Positions 1 through 12,563 of a stretch of 64,000 bases of DNA are shown piece by piece; position 1 is the first letter of the stretch, and every line of letters begins with the position of its first letter. The stretch covers positions 76,136,001-76,200,000 of the forward strand of contig OX597821.1 in the NCBI GenBank assembly GCA_951406725.2, in the 5' to 3' direction. The notes under the pieces were generated by a model that worked only from the letters and a program-made list of their open reading frames with translations, ran no database searches and was not told the DNA's origin. This DNA is from Octopus vulgaris (Eukaryota). Position numbers and translations under genes: made by a program.

Positions 1-1
1 T

Positions 2-1186
2 TAATCCAGGTTTTGAACGGCAAATCTGAGATTTATACATACTATTTGACAATATATTGTTTGAATTTCTTAAATAAAACTTATCTATTTTGCAAAATTT
101 ATACGATTGTTCATTCCCATAGTAAGATTTCTGCGCGCTGGTTTGTCCTCGGTCATGGTCCACTCTTTGAACGTACACCACATTGATGTCTTTAGACTCA
201 TTTGGTAACTCGATTACTTCGCTTTCTGTTGAAGGCTTGTTCACAAAAACATTGCTGCTTTTTTTCATAAGGGACTCTTTAATAATGCTTGCCATGCTGA
301 TTACTTCATTTTGACGATCAGAATCAGGCAATTGTTTAAATCTTTTCGGAAAAAGCACTGATAAAAGTTGGCCAAAGGGACGCATGTATCCTTGCCAGCG
401 GATTTCGGTTAGGTTTCTTCTCCTGAAGAGATCTCTAAAACTTGCGGATTCTTTATCTTGCCCAAGTATATACATAATAATGGTATCTAATATTAGTGGA
501 ATTACCGACGGTTCTGATATATCTTCAATGAGTTTTTGAAGTACATCATATGCTAATATACTCTGATCATAAGTCATTAACTGACAGCATTCTCGTAATT
601 TTCCTCGGTCGAATCTGTTCAGTCGTGGAATATTTTTTCTGTCAAATAACCAAGAATAATCAACTTTAGTCCGACGCTTAAATTTGAAATTATTCTTGCT
701 ATTCCTGCTAACGCATTCTTTAGAATTTTCCCAATTAGCACAGCCCGATTCTTGTATATTATCCAGCTGGTTATATTCTATTTGTGTTTTTGCGGGGAAT
801 TTGTCGGCAGAAATGATTTCTTTCTGGAACGTTTCGTTTTCACAAGCCAATTCGTTCTTATTACAACTGGAATGCTTTCTCCTTTCTCTCACATTTGTGG
901 CTCGAACACTGCGTGCATCACACAGATTTTTAGTTTTGTAATAAACAGCAGAATCATTAGTATTCAAGTTATCGCAATAGCTGTAACTGTCAGAGCTGTG
1001 TTCGCTATTTTCATTAGACTCAATTTCATAGCGATGGCTGGCAGTTTCAGTTTTATTTGATAATTCCTCCATTTTCTCTGTGACGAGAAGTATGAACGCG
1101 TTCGCTGCATTGTAATCTTTATCAAATGACCTTTTATAATGCTTTGTATTTCGCTTGGTAAAAAACTTCGTCATGGATTGAAGCAT
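2..1186 (-). CDS. RD3 (retinal degeneration 3)-like protein, long coding exon that continues off the left edge of the window
   Basis: Manual translation gives 395 uninterrupted codons: MLQSMTKFFTKRNTKHYKRSFDKDYNAANAFILLVTEKMEEL...KRRTKVDYSWLFDRKNIPRLNRFDRGKLRECCQLMTYDQSILAYDVLQKLIEDISEPSVIPLILDTIIMYILGQ... VDYSWL (647-664) and the following helical block resemble vertebrate RD3 as I recall it (TGVDYSWL...ERLQLEDVC...FRQLL...LFRSVLQEVL). Upstream are a 3' splice site (TTTGTTTTGTTTAG, exon starts 1210) and a CTAAC branch point near 1236-1240. The 24 nt before the ATG are in frame and open. Confidence 0.8.
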   Translation of the reverse strand, partial: MLQSMTKFFTKRNTKHYKRSFDKDYNAANAFILLVTEKMEELSNKTETASHRYEIESNENSEHSSDSYSYCDNLNTNDSAVYYKTKNLCDARSVRATNVRERRKHSSCNKNELACENETFQKEIISADKFPAKTQIEYNQLDNIQESGCANWENSKECVSRNSKNNFKFKRRTKVDYSWLFDRKNIPRLNRFDRGKLRECCQLMTYDQSILAYDVLQKLIEDISEPSVIPLILDTIIMYILGQDKESASFRDLFRRRNLTEIRWQGYMRPFGQLLSVLFPKRFKQLPDSDRQNEVISMASIIKESLMKKSSNVFVNKPSTESEVIELPNESKDINVVYVQRVDHDRGQTSAQKSYYGNEQSYKFCKIDKFYLRNSNNILSNSMYKSQICRSKPGL

Positions 1187-1664
1187 GTTGCAATCGCCTT
1201 CAAACTTAACCTAAACAAAACAAATGTAAAAATCTGTTAGCAATGAAACAATCTAAACATGAAGAAAACATATACACAGAATGCTATGATAAAGGCTATG
1301 GCTTCAAATGAAATACTGTGTTTCATTTATAAAGTTCTAATTTCAAGTTATTCTGAGATTGGCCTTTCAGTTCATCTCTCCTGAGAAGTTAAAATACAAG
1401 CTGGTGTATGATAAATGCTGTAGACGATCCGATTCATTTCATACATCGTGAAAACATATGAAAGGCTGAGCACGGAAAGCAAGTAGGAAGAACTGTATTA
1501 CAGTTTTTAATTGTTTACTTATTCTTGGTTCAAATCTTACCGAAGCTGGTAAATAGTAGAAATTACTATATTGATTAGATATATTTTTCTATTAAAAACA
1601 AAATGCTTAAAGCGAAATAAATAGGTCTTTCTTTTGTTTCATTAAGTAGCTTCAGTTAGTCTAC

Positions 1665-1880
1665 ATTACTCCGTAAGAAGTATAAGGCTGGTTTTCCGGT
1701 TTCTCTGGATGGGGCTTCGGTCCATCGCAGGGTTATTATTTACAGCTGAGTAGTCTGGAGCAGAGTGAAATGAAGTGTTTTGCTCAAGAACACAATGCAC
1801 TTCCTGGTCTGGGAATCGTACTCACGATCTAGCAATCGCGAGTGCAACACCTTGACCACTGCTCCACAAGCCTTCACCTA
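1665..1880 (-). mobile_element. tRNA-derived SINE, family C, degenerate
   Basis: Shares GCTGAGTGGACTGGAGCA...TTGCTCAAGAACACAA...GGGAATCG with copies at about 52500-52655 and 58830-58970. Confidence 0.6.
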
Positions 1881-2722
1881 AGTAGCTTTATTGAAGGACA
1901 TTTGGAATTTTTTTTAGCAGTTTTAATGAGGAAATGCTCCAATACTAAAATGGTCCAAGTATGCACTTTAAAAAATATACTGTGGTTTTTAGCCATTTTT
2001 CCCTATGGACCAATCTGATCTCTATTTTTACTTTACTGGACCATCATGGCCATTCGATGTTTTAAAAAAGCCTATTGGTTTTTTTTTTAAATAATGAGAT
2101 ATAATGAGGAATTGTATTAGAAAATAGTTTAAATATTTCGTGAATTGAATAAATATAACCAATCTCTTGCATATAAATTTTAACGACAAAATTTTATATG
2201 GAACTCTGTTGAGAACCACTGATATAGACAATGATACTGTCCTCCACATACAGGAGAACTTCCAGATGACCACCAATGGCAAGCCATCTTTGCCAACAAC
2301 CATTCAACGTGTTATAGGTTGCATACTGTTGTTGTTGTTGTTGTTGTTGTCATTCCTCTTCTTGTAGTTAAAGTCAGCTCGAAAAAGTATTTTTCGTATG
2401 GAATTTGTTGTTAGTGCATGGACTATTTTTCTAACACAATTTTATTTTACCAATTTTTTTTGTCATGAAAATACGTTTTAAAGGGCAAATTTATTTTATT
2501 TCATAGACTTTTACCAAAATAGCAATTAAAAATAACTCTTCCTTGTCGCTTTCTTCCACCACCACACAACTCCACTGCGGTAGAAGTAACCAAAAACGTA
2601 CTAGAAGCAGCAGTAACAAAACAGCAAAAAGAATAGGAGTGACGATGTGTGAGACAGAGAAGCAAGACAGCGGCAAGAAAATCGCCGTCCTCCCCGTGTG
2701 AGAGAGAAATTCATTACCACCA

Positions 2723-2913
2723 TTCTTTTCTACTCTAGGCGCAAAGCCCGAAATTTTGGGATTAGATCGAAACCAGTACGCAACTGGTACTAAATTTATT
2801 GACAGCGAAAGCATGAAAAGCAAAGTCGACCTCGGCGGAATTCGGACTCAGAACGTAAAGACAAAAGAAACACTGCTAAGCATTTCGCCCGGCGTGCTAA
2901 CGTTTCTGCCAGC
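2723..2913 (-). mobile_element. tRNA-derived SINE, family A
   Basis: Reverse complement of the GCTGGCAGAAACGTTAGCACGCCGGGCGAAATG...CCGCCGAGGTCGACTTTGC repeat seen many times in the window. Confidence 0.85.
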
Positions 2914-3511
2914 AAAAGCTTTTTTTTTTTTGGTATTTTCTGTAGTTTTTGTCTCCCTCCCTTTTCTCTTGTTTTATTTTATTTTACTTTTAGTTGGTGT
3001 AAATCGTGATTGATTTCGTTAAGAGTTAAGAGACCCATTCTTTTATTTTCCATCTTTTTCTCTATATCTCTGTTCCGTAATATTTGCTTGGGTGTTGACA
3101 CTTCTGTTTGGGTGGGTTTAAGAGAGTATCTATTTTCCTTTGTAACAACATCGGCCGCTTTATATCTCATTTCATTTCACTTGTTAAGGCTGAATTTGAA
3201 TCTGTTTCATATAAATTCACGATGGCGAAGTCTATATTTCTGTTCTTGCTATTTTAATGTTGAATCTATAATTGATAAGTTATTTCCTTGGTCCTTAGGA
3301 GGATCTGTGGCCCTTAATTTATAAATTATACTTAACTTTAGAATCTCGGAGTCATGCTTTTTACCTTTAGAATTTTCTCTTCTAATCCATGAAGTCCCAG
3401 AGTACTTAAATTTCTGAATATTACTTTTAAATTTTTACAGATTTTTGAATATAGGTTAAAATGAATAAAGTAATTATTAAAACTCCTTTATTTCAAGTAG
3501 AAATGGAAATA

Positions 3512-3612
3512 CTCTGTGTCCTATTTATAGGACACAGAGACAATGTGATATAACTTATTTAATGTTCTCATTTAATGTCCTATTTATAGGACAGTGAGAC
3601 TTAATGGGTTAA
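3512..3612. repeat. Palindromic MITE remnant with a piggyBac-like GGGTTAA end
   Basis: Hairpin CTCTGTGTCCTAT-TT-ATAGGACACAGAG at 3512-3539, a second TGTCCTATTTATAGGACA at about 3577-3593, and terminal AATGGGTTAA. Confidence 0.4.
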
Positions 3613-3890
3613 GGCGGCGAGCTGGCAGAAACGTTCGCACGCCGGGCGAAATGCGTAGCCGTATTTCGTCTGCCGTTACGTTCTGAGTTCAAATTCCTTG
3701 TGGGTAGTAAAGAAATAGGTATTTCGTCTATCTTTACGTTCTGAGTTCAAATTCCGCCGAGGTCGACTGGGCCTTTCATCCTTTCGAGGTGGATAAATTA
3801 AGTACCAATTGCGTACGGAGGTGGGGTCGATCTAATCGACAGGTTCGCTCCCCCAAAATTTCGGGCCTTGTACCTAGAGTAGAAAAGAAT
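3613..3890 (+). mobile_element. tRNA-derived SINE, family A
   Basis: GGCGGCGAGCTGGCAGAA head, GAGTTCAAATTCC B-box-like motif present twice, GCCTTTCATCCTTTCG core. Confidence 0.85.
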
Positions 3891-4134
3891 TCCCTCTTTT
3901 TAAACCTTCCTCACATTTCCATTTATTTATATTTTCGTTTGTTTTTATTTAGTTTTTATTGGTCAATATCATTCCGTTCTAGGATTTAGGTTCCTCTTAT
4001 TTTGTTATTTGTTTCGTTTTTGTTGTTATATCTTACTTCTATCTTCAGAGATTACGTTCTCAATGTTTTATAATTGTTAAGTGTTTTGCGATCATTATTT
4101 GCGTTTTCCATCGTATATTCTTCTTTAAGATGTT

Positions 4135-4180
4135 GATCTTTTATAATGCTTTGTATTTCACTTGGTAAAAAACTTCGTCA
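4135..4180 (-). pseudogene. Duplicated fragment of the 5' end of the RD3-like exon
   Basis: 44 of 46 nt identical to 1128-1173. A CGA codon has become TGA and the second ATG is lost. Confidence 0.75.
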
Positions 4181-4292
4181 GGTAAATTATGGGGCAACGA
4201 TTCAGCTTTCTTGCATATTGAACATACCCCTCTGTCCTTCCCGCCTCCTCCTCCTCCTCTTCCTCTGCTTCTTCTTCTTCTTCTTCTTCTTC

Positions 4293-4360
<68 letters not shown>

Positions 4361-4530
4361 GAGTGATAAAGCCGTGCATGCCATCAAAGTGACGCTGGGG
4401 TAAAAATATACGAAGCCCAATATACCCATTATGACTATCCGCCTGATAAGGTTACACAAGGCACATGCATCACAACCATATGTGCGCGACATGGTGATCT
4501 CACATCAAGATAAACAGCGCATGACCTTGC
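4361..4530 (-). mobile_element. (AAT)n-tailed non-LTR retroelement 3' region, truncated
   Basis: Same family as 5292-5815, 20451-20997 and 35055-35573. All copies share one end abutting AAT repeats and vary at the other end. Confidence 0.7.
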
Positions 4531-5291
4531 ATTTAGATCTTTTAATTTCTGTTTGTTTTTCCCCCCTTATTTTGAGAATATAAACTTTACTGGGGTCAGT
4601 GACACATCTAGATATCGGTTATTTCCTCCTAATTTTATATGAATATACTGTAATTATATTATCGACAGCGTACCGTCGTAAAACATGCATGTCGAGTATA
4701 AAACATTATCTTTTGAGTAGGGACACCCGTAAGGGGTGCAGTTTATTTTCAAGACTCGAGGAGTAAAATCCGATCCTTTATTTGGATTATCATCATTTTC
4801 GTCTGATACAGATTTTTTGTTTCTCTTGTTGCTGCTGAAGTCAATAACCTGATTTTTCGTACATTTTCCCTAATACACATTGCCCTTAATTGGGGAACAG
4901 GTACATTGAATTACCTTCAATAGCGCAATTTTTATTTGAATTATTTGATATACTTTGCGTTTGAAGCTGGTCTTCTGTTGATATGGACTGTTCTTTTATA
5001 GCCATATTTACAAATAATTTTAGAAAGCTGGATTCTATAAAAACTTGTTGCTTTATTTTTTATGGAGTAAATATCAATAAATTTTATACACTTTTCCCGA
5101 AGTAGTTGTCTGACAGGATTTCCTGACATTTTCCGTTTCATTCATTGATCTTTATCTGTTGGTACGGGTAAATTATGGGGCAACTATTCAGCTTTCCTGC
5201 ATATGAAACACACCCTGCTGTCCTTCCCGCCTCCTCTTCTTTCTCTTCTTCTTCTTCTTCCTCCTCTTCTTCTTCTTATCATTATTATTAT

Positions 5292-5815
5292 TGAGTGAAA
5301 GAGCCTGTGCATGCCATCAAAGTGACACTGGGGTAAAATATAAGAAGCTCAGTATACCCATCATGACTACCCGTCTGAAAAGAGTAAACCAGGCACATGC
5401 ATCACAACCATGTGTGCGCGACAGAGTGATCTCATATCAAGATAAACAGCACATGACCTTGCAGGTGGGGACCCAGTTAGAATTTTCTTCAGGTTCAGTA
5501 GCCCATCCCGCATAAATGGCTTTGAAATAAAGGCTGTTTAAGGATGTTAAACAAAACACCTAGGTTTCCAAAGATGAATTATTCAAACTCCAAAGAATTC
5601 CTCTCAACACTTGACTATGATGCTCCCCCACTACTTCTGCTCGTGATCGGAGATGCATATATCGTCAGCCACCGAAGGACATGCTCAACATATTTGTGGT
5701 ATTGAGCAGAATGTTTGCTGTAGCCCATCTTTTATACCAAGACTAAACAATGTACATGACAACACTTCCAATCAGTTAAGATCAGAAGCCATGAGAGCCA
5801 CTGCCTCTTACAGCA
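5292..5815 (-). mobile_element. (AAT)n-tailed non-LTR retroelement 3' region
   Basis: Reverse-complement match to 20451-20997 over about 520 bp, flanked by ATT repeats. Confidence 0.75.
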
Positions 5816-5869
5816 TCACGGTATTTATTATTATTGTTATTATTATTATTTAGACAGTAACCTGACATA

Positions 5870-6740
5870 CGCACAAAATGCTTAGCAGCGTTTTGTCTGT
5901 CTTTATGTTCTGAGTTCAAATTCTGCCGAGGTCGACTTTGCCTTTTATCCATTCGGGGCTTGATAAAATAAGTACCAGCCGAGTATTGGAGTCAATGCAG
6001 TCGACTTACTTCCTCCCCGAAATTGCTGGCTTTGGGCCAAAATTTGAAACCATTATTATTATTATTATGAGAGCAGCGAGCTGGCGGAATCTTTAGCACG
6101 CCGGGCTTAAATGCTTGGCGACATATCGTCCGTCGCTACGTTCTGAGTTCAAATTCTGCCGAAGTCGACTTTTTGCCTTTCATTATTTGAGAGTCGATGA
6201 AATAAATACCAGTCGATGTAATCAACTACCCATCCAACAAAATTTCAAGACTTGTGCCTATAATAGAAAGGATTATTATAATTATTAAGGCAGTGAGCCG
6301 GCATAATATATAAGAGTGGATAAATTAAGCACCAGTTGTGTACTGGGGTCGATCTAATCGACTGAACCCCTCACTAAAAATTTCGGACCTTGTGCCTTGA
6401 GTAGAAAAGAAAATAAAGAGTGCATAAAAAACGCTTAATGATATTTCTCCCGGCTTTTTACGTTTCATTTTCAAATTCCGTCGAGGTCGACTTTGCCATT
6501 TATCTTTACGGGGTCGATAAATTAAGTACCAGTTGAACACTGGGGTCGATGTAATAAACTCGTTCCCTCCTGCAAAGTTTCAAGCCTTTCGCCTATAGTA
6601 GAAAGGATTATTAATCGGGTGGTAGAATCGGATGGTACAATCGTGAGAAAATGCCTTGCGCTATATTCTCCGTCTCTTTATGTTCCGGGTTCAAATCCCA
6701 CTGAGGTGAATATTACCTTTCACTTTCTAGGGTCGAGAAA
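5870..6740 (+). mobile_element. Cluster of 4-5 diverged family A SINE copies
   Basis: Repeated TTCAAATTC..CGAGGTCGACTTTGCC and GTCGATAAA..AAGTACCAG modules. Confidence 0.75.
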
Positions 6741-6950
6741 ATAAAAAAACTTAAGAACTATTTAGAAATTTTAGTGACCTATTGCGATGATAATGAAATT
6801 GAAACATGGCAGTGAAACTCTTTTTCGGAAGAAACAAAGAAAGCAGTAATTTGCTGAAATTCCAAAATGAAACAAAAGGCTTTTAATTTTGAGAAAAGAA
6901 GTTAACGAAATTGGTAAAAGTTCTCTAAATTGTTAAAATGTCCCGAGAAG

Positions 6951-7009
<59 letters not shown>

Positions 7010-7247
7010 TTTCTAGCTTTTGTCTAAGAAATAGCTAGCATAGGAATTGGTTGTCTCGGGGAAACAGAAGGATGCATATAACCATGGTGCAGCGCATTGG
7101 GATGGAACCCAGAATCAAACATGTACAAAAATAAAACCTCCTAATCGGAGAGTTCTGCTTGCGCCTATAAACCTTCGTTATTATTTAGCAGTTTCTCGTT
7201 AGGTTTTGAGGCCGCCAGTGGAGGCTAACCGGTATATTATAATACAA

Positions 7248-7480
7248 GGCGGTGAGCTGGCTGAATCGTTAGCACGCCGGGCGAAATGCCTAGCGGTATT
7301 TCGTCTGCGTTACGTTGTGAGTTCAAATTCCGCCGAGGTCGACTTTGCCTTTCATCCTTTCGGGGTCGATAAATTAAGTACCGGTTACGCACTGGGGTCG
7401 ATGTAATCGACTTAATACCTATGTCTGACCTTGTTTGTCCCCTCTGTGTTTAGCCCCTTGTGGGTAATAAAGAAATAGGT
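7248..7480 (+). mobile_element. Family A SINE, full length
   Basis: Complete from the head to the GCCCCTTGTGGGTAATAAAGAAATAG tail. Confidence 0.88.
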
Positions 7481-7726
7481 ATATTATAATACAGATTATA
7501 AAATAATCAAAGTTGCTACTTCTAAAATCTATATAAGAGATATAAGTAGTAACTCTACTGAAAATTAATGATTGTCACCACTTCAACGTGGTTGATCTGC
7601 AGAGAAATATGTTACTACTTCTTTTAACCCTAGAAAGACACCTCCTTCTGCTGGTTAACGACACAATATCTTGTCCGATATATTGTAAACAAGGGAGCGA
7701 ATACCTCCCATCTAGCAACAACAAAA

Positions 7727-7772
7727 CTAGTAGACCAGCTGGTTTCAGGGTCTCAACCTTCGTCAGTTCTGG
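7727..7772 (-). ncRNA. Degenerate minimal type I hammerhead ribozyme motif (Penelope-type)
   Basis: Minus strand reads CCAGAA CTGACGA AGGTTGAGACCCT GAA ACCAGCTGGT C TACTAG: intact core, perfectly palindromic stem III, GUC triplet, mismatches in stems I and II. Confidence 0.55.
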
Positions 7773-7819
7773 TACACCTGTCTGCTAATTATGATATAGC
7801 GCAAATTGTAATATAGATA

Positions 7820-8305
7820 CACTCTTTTGCTCTTTTACTTGTTTCAGTCATTTGACTGCAGTCATGCCTGAGCACCAACTTTAGTCGAATAAGTCGACCC
7901 CAGGACCTATTATTTGTAAGCGTAGCGCTTATTTTATCGGGCTGTTTTTTGCCGAACCGCTAAGTTACCAGGACGTAAATACACCAAACTTCAGTTGTCA
8001 AGCGGTGATGGCGGGGACAAACACAGACACATATATACATATACATGCATATATATATATATACGATGGGCTGCTTCAAGATGGCGGGGACAAACACAGA
8101 CACATATATACATATACATGCATATATATATATATATATACGATGGGCTGCTTCAAGTTTCCGTCTACCAAATCTACTCACAAGGCTTTGGTCGACCCGA
8201 GTCTATAGTAGAAGACATTTGTCCAAGGTGCCATGCAGTGGGACTGAACCTTGATCCGTGTGGTTGGGAAGCAAGCTTCTTACCACGCACCCACTCCTGT
8301 ACCTA
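7820..8305 (-). mobile_element. tRNA-derived CORE-type SINE, family B (OR-like)
   Basis: GGTTCAGTCCCACTGC..GGCACCTTGG.CAA.TGTCTTCTACTATAG head and core, internal TA/CA microsatellite, AAATGACTGAAACAAGTAAAAGAG tail, plus an internal duplication of about 58 bp. Confidence 0.85.
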
Positions 8306-10259
8306 TGTAGTTATATAATATAGATTATATAGAGAGATATACTTTATTCTGCATAAAATGTTACCTGATATCAGCCATCGGATACTGCGAAATAATATAT
8401 TTTGCGCTATCGTATGATATCTAAATGAAAAGCCAATACGAAAAGTGGCAATCCAGAAATATGGTTGAATATAAGTTCGCACCTTTGTAGGAAATATTAT
8501 GACTGTGATTGTTTGTTATCTTATAGTTTCATTTCGAAATACTGAAGGAAATCGTGTTGGATTCCAATGATACAAACAGTAACCATTAAACGAAATAAAA
8601 CGCGTTGCGTCTTAATATTGTCAAGGTAAAGTACTTTCTTTGTGTTGATGGTTGATGTACCTATTGTACTAACGAAAGAGACCATGTGTCTACTCTATAA
8701 ATTGATGGCGTTGAACACATTTGATAATTAGATATAAAATATGCCAGGATTAACTTAACTGTTCATTTCAATGCAGATAGCGTCTCTGACCTTTTATTCA
8801 ATAAACAATTTCATACATCTGCTCTAACCAGTGTGTAGTCTTGTATATTTACACGGCGATTTTTTAGTCAATACCTGAGCAACCAGAATGAAATTCATGT
8901 CTTGCTGGTGAGTTTTAAATAAAATATATCCAGAGTTATCTCCCGTTACCAACTGAAATAACTCCAGCACTATTCGGCTTTAGTCAATATTACTATTATT
9001 GTTATCAGTCAAAATGTACAAACGAATATTGATTTTTTTTTTCATCACTGCATAATCATAATTAGATTTCGATAAACCCAGCTGTGAAACGAATTTAATC
9101 CATCCATGGGTGCATTCTTTATTATATTTTATGACTGGTTCTATTGGTTTGGTAAATCACCGAACGGAACCGCAGCTATAATAATGTTGCCATTGATTAT
9201 ATTTTACATTTAAATATATATTTTTTAATAGGAACCCTATCGAAGAATATATTGGAACGGAAATAAATGTATTCAGAGTAAAGAATGGTATTTCTTCAAG
9301 AGATATTTATTTCCTTACAGACCTTATTCCTACCATGTAAAACTGACACAATACTTTTATCGACATGAAAAATAAATAACTCGAAAAATTTTCTTGGTTA
9401 AAACTAAAGAATTTTGTTTTAAAAAAAGTGGCATCATCAGTCATTATTATCGAAGTTTAAATGAACAAAGCAACTATCACTTCTCTTTTATTTATCAAAA
9501 TGTTTACTCTAGTTGTTTCTTCCACTTGCTAGTCTATGTGAAATGTAGTTACGCTTCGGTCCCTCAAGTCCAAGTTACATTATGCAAATTTAACTCATTA
9601 ATCATCAAATTTTGTTAAAATTCCACCAGGGAATATTGCTAATGTGTTTAGAGAATTCGGGCACGCAAAAATTTACGATGCATACTAATTATAAAAGCAA
9701 AGTTAATAATTTATTACTAATGCTACAATCGTTGATGATGGTAAATTATCGAAGAGTTCCATTTGTTGCTTTTTCTCTATTCTTTCTTTTTATTTCTTTT
9801 TACTTATTCTTTTAGAGGAGAAGTGGAATTTCTGGAGAGGAAAAAAAAGCAACAATTACTGTAATGGGGTGGGCCTCATAGTTTGTGATGACAGTGATAA
9901 ACTTGTAAAGTATTTCCTGATGCTAATGGTGGTTTGTAGATATTTTAGCCATGGTTTCTAAGACATAAAATAAGATCACACAGAGCTGAACATACATACA
10001 TACATACATACATACATACATACATACCCACACACACATGCACGCTCATACATATATTTATACGTATATATAGATATATATATGTATTTACATGCATTCA
10101 TACATGCACTCACACACATGTATATATACGTATCTATCTATCTCCCTCTTACTCTCTCTATCTCTCTCTACATATCTACATATACATACATTCATATATA
10201 TATGCATATATATATATATATATATATATGCATATATATATACATACATACATATATAA

Positions 10260-10425
10260 CCCAAAGCTTAAAAGGAATTAGCAGAAGAAACCTCAAGAAC
10301 AACATTGGGGCTGCTAAGAAAACCAGTAGCTGGGTGTGGCTGAAAGCGATGAGAAGCGGGACGGTAGAGCGCCGCTACGACACATGCATTGGTTTCACCT
10401 ATCTTGGCCAAGTCGCCAGCATTGC
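10260..10425 (+). mobile_element. 3' fragment of an RLE-type LINE (HERO-like)
   Basis: Translates LKGISRRNLKNNIGAAKKTSSWVWLK, similar to the recalled AE.AS.WLW.K end of HERO-clade ORFs; embedded in microsatellites. Confidence 0.4.
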
Positions 10426-10483
10426 ACACACATACATACCCATATATATGTAGGCATATTTACATTTATATGTAGATAGATAA

Positions 10484-10562
<79 letters not shown>

Positions 10563-10689
10563 CATAGATACATAGATACACATACATATACATACATGTA
10601 TAATACATATATATGTATTTACATATATGCATACATACATACATGCATGCATACGTACATACATGCATACATACGTACATGCATACAGC

Positions 10690-12000
10690 CGAATAAGATA
10701 AGTTGGACCTCAGAACTCACTGTAATCAATAACATAGTGGCCCACAATGTGTTTGCAGACCCAGTACTCATACCAACATTTGGGTTGCTTAATTAGACGC
10801 TTGATAAGATCCGAGCCATTGATGTGAAAACCCGAAAAATACTAACAAGCACACGTTATTTTCCACTTAAAAATACTGACGTAGACGGCCCATACCTAAA
10901 ACGAAAACAAGGCGGCATAGGCTTAACATCGATCCGAAATGCCTTTGAATATCGCATCATATCCCTTCGGTAATATCTTTTAACCACCAACTGTCGAAAT
11001 GCATCCCTTGACTACGTTTATATACACGAGGCTGATAACATCACAAGACTTGGAAGGTAGCTCCTTGAGCAACAGGCTTTGTCTGATAACCTAGAATACA
11101 TGCCCAAAGAAGTCGCACGACTCTACCACAACGTATCAGCAGATGAAAGGATGAGCCTATATGAGCAGAAGACTATGCATGTATATATTAGTAGAAAGCT
11201 CCGTGATGATAGTAACATCGATCATCAAAGGAGTTTATTATGGACCAATAGCCGGATTACTAACTCCCACTTTAAAGAGAATGCGTTTCCAATCCAGGAA
11301 TAGGAAATATCAACCAAGTACCTGATGTACAAAAGGGATAGAGATGCAGGTAAAGCCGTAAAATGTGACAACATATGCAGACTTTGTGGAGTTCACACTG
11401 AAGATATCACACACAACATAGGCAGTTATCCGAAAATGTCATCACGGTATTATCTACAAATGAGACATGATGTTGAAACTAGGACACTCTATAATGAAAT
11501 CCATCGGAAGGATAATCCCGAGGACAAAGAAATAAGAACCCACAATATGGTAGAAACCATTGCCACTCATAATAAAAAGGAGTACTGGTGGAATGTGCCA
11601 GTGAAGACCTCAATAAGATGCGTTCACAACAGACCTGATATAATAATTTGGGATAGAGAAGAGAAACTGTGCACAGTTGTGGTAATTAGCTGCCCAGCGG
11701 ATGTTAACATAAAGCTGAAGATCAGAGAAAAAGGAAATACCTATGCTGAACTATTAAGAAATCTGCAGTTTTCAATCCACATTACAAGTTCAGGTTTATA
11801 CCTGTAATTATTGAGGACCTGTAATCGTAAGAAATTAGACATCTCAAAACCAGAAAGGAGAACGCTAATTCGAAGACTACAGATTCAATCAATGACTGGA
11901 ACTGTAAAAGTGTGTAAAAATTTTCCAGAAGTTTATCATTCAAGTATATAATAGCATGTCTAGATATGCAACTATATGCATGAGAATACATAAATAAAAC
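10690..12000 (+). mobile_element. 5'-truncated R4/Dong-like non-LTR retrotransposon, defective
   Basis: CRLC-x-E-xx-H zinc knuckle, RHD and NRPDIII motifs of a restriction-like endonuclease (11325-11807); an upstream KRKQGG.GL-type motif; multiple stops. Confidence 0.85.
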
Positions 12001-12020
12001 ATACATATATACATACATAA

Positions 12021-12086
<66 letters not shown>

Positions 12087-12102
12087 TCATATATATATAC
12101 AC

Positions 12103-12166
<64 letters not shown>

Positions 12167-12302
12167 AGTGATGTTCTGTTGCCAATGATAAGATAGTTGG
12201 AAGTAAAATAGGCGAATAAAGGCGAAAGAGATTTGCCTCAGATCAACTTCATTCCAAAGTTGAACACATTTCACACACTTCTACAATTTTTTATATGTAT
12301 GT

Positions 12303-12349
<47 letters not shown>

Positions 12350-12352
<3 letters not shown>

Positions 12353-12506
12353 ATTTAAGAGATGAGTGATTATGTACATATGACGGATATTTGTCCTTAT
12401 CTTGTTTATTCTTAACACAACGTTTCGGCTGATATACCCTCCAGCCTTCATCAGGTGTCTTGGGGAAATTTCGAAACAGGGTTCTCATTCCTAAGGTATT
12501 TTTGAA

Positions 12507-12563
<57 letters not shown>

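Noticed and set aside
684-1060. Plus-strand ORFs of 85 and 102 aa
   Set aside because: Antisense shadows of the real minus-strand RD3-like exon.
9770-9961. Polypyrimidine tract plus AG followed by an open frame (FWRGKKSNNYCNGVGLIV)
   Set aside because: The peptide resembles the FWSG...GVG.IV motif of RTE endonucleases, so it is more likely a LINE relic than a host exon.
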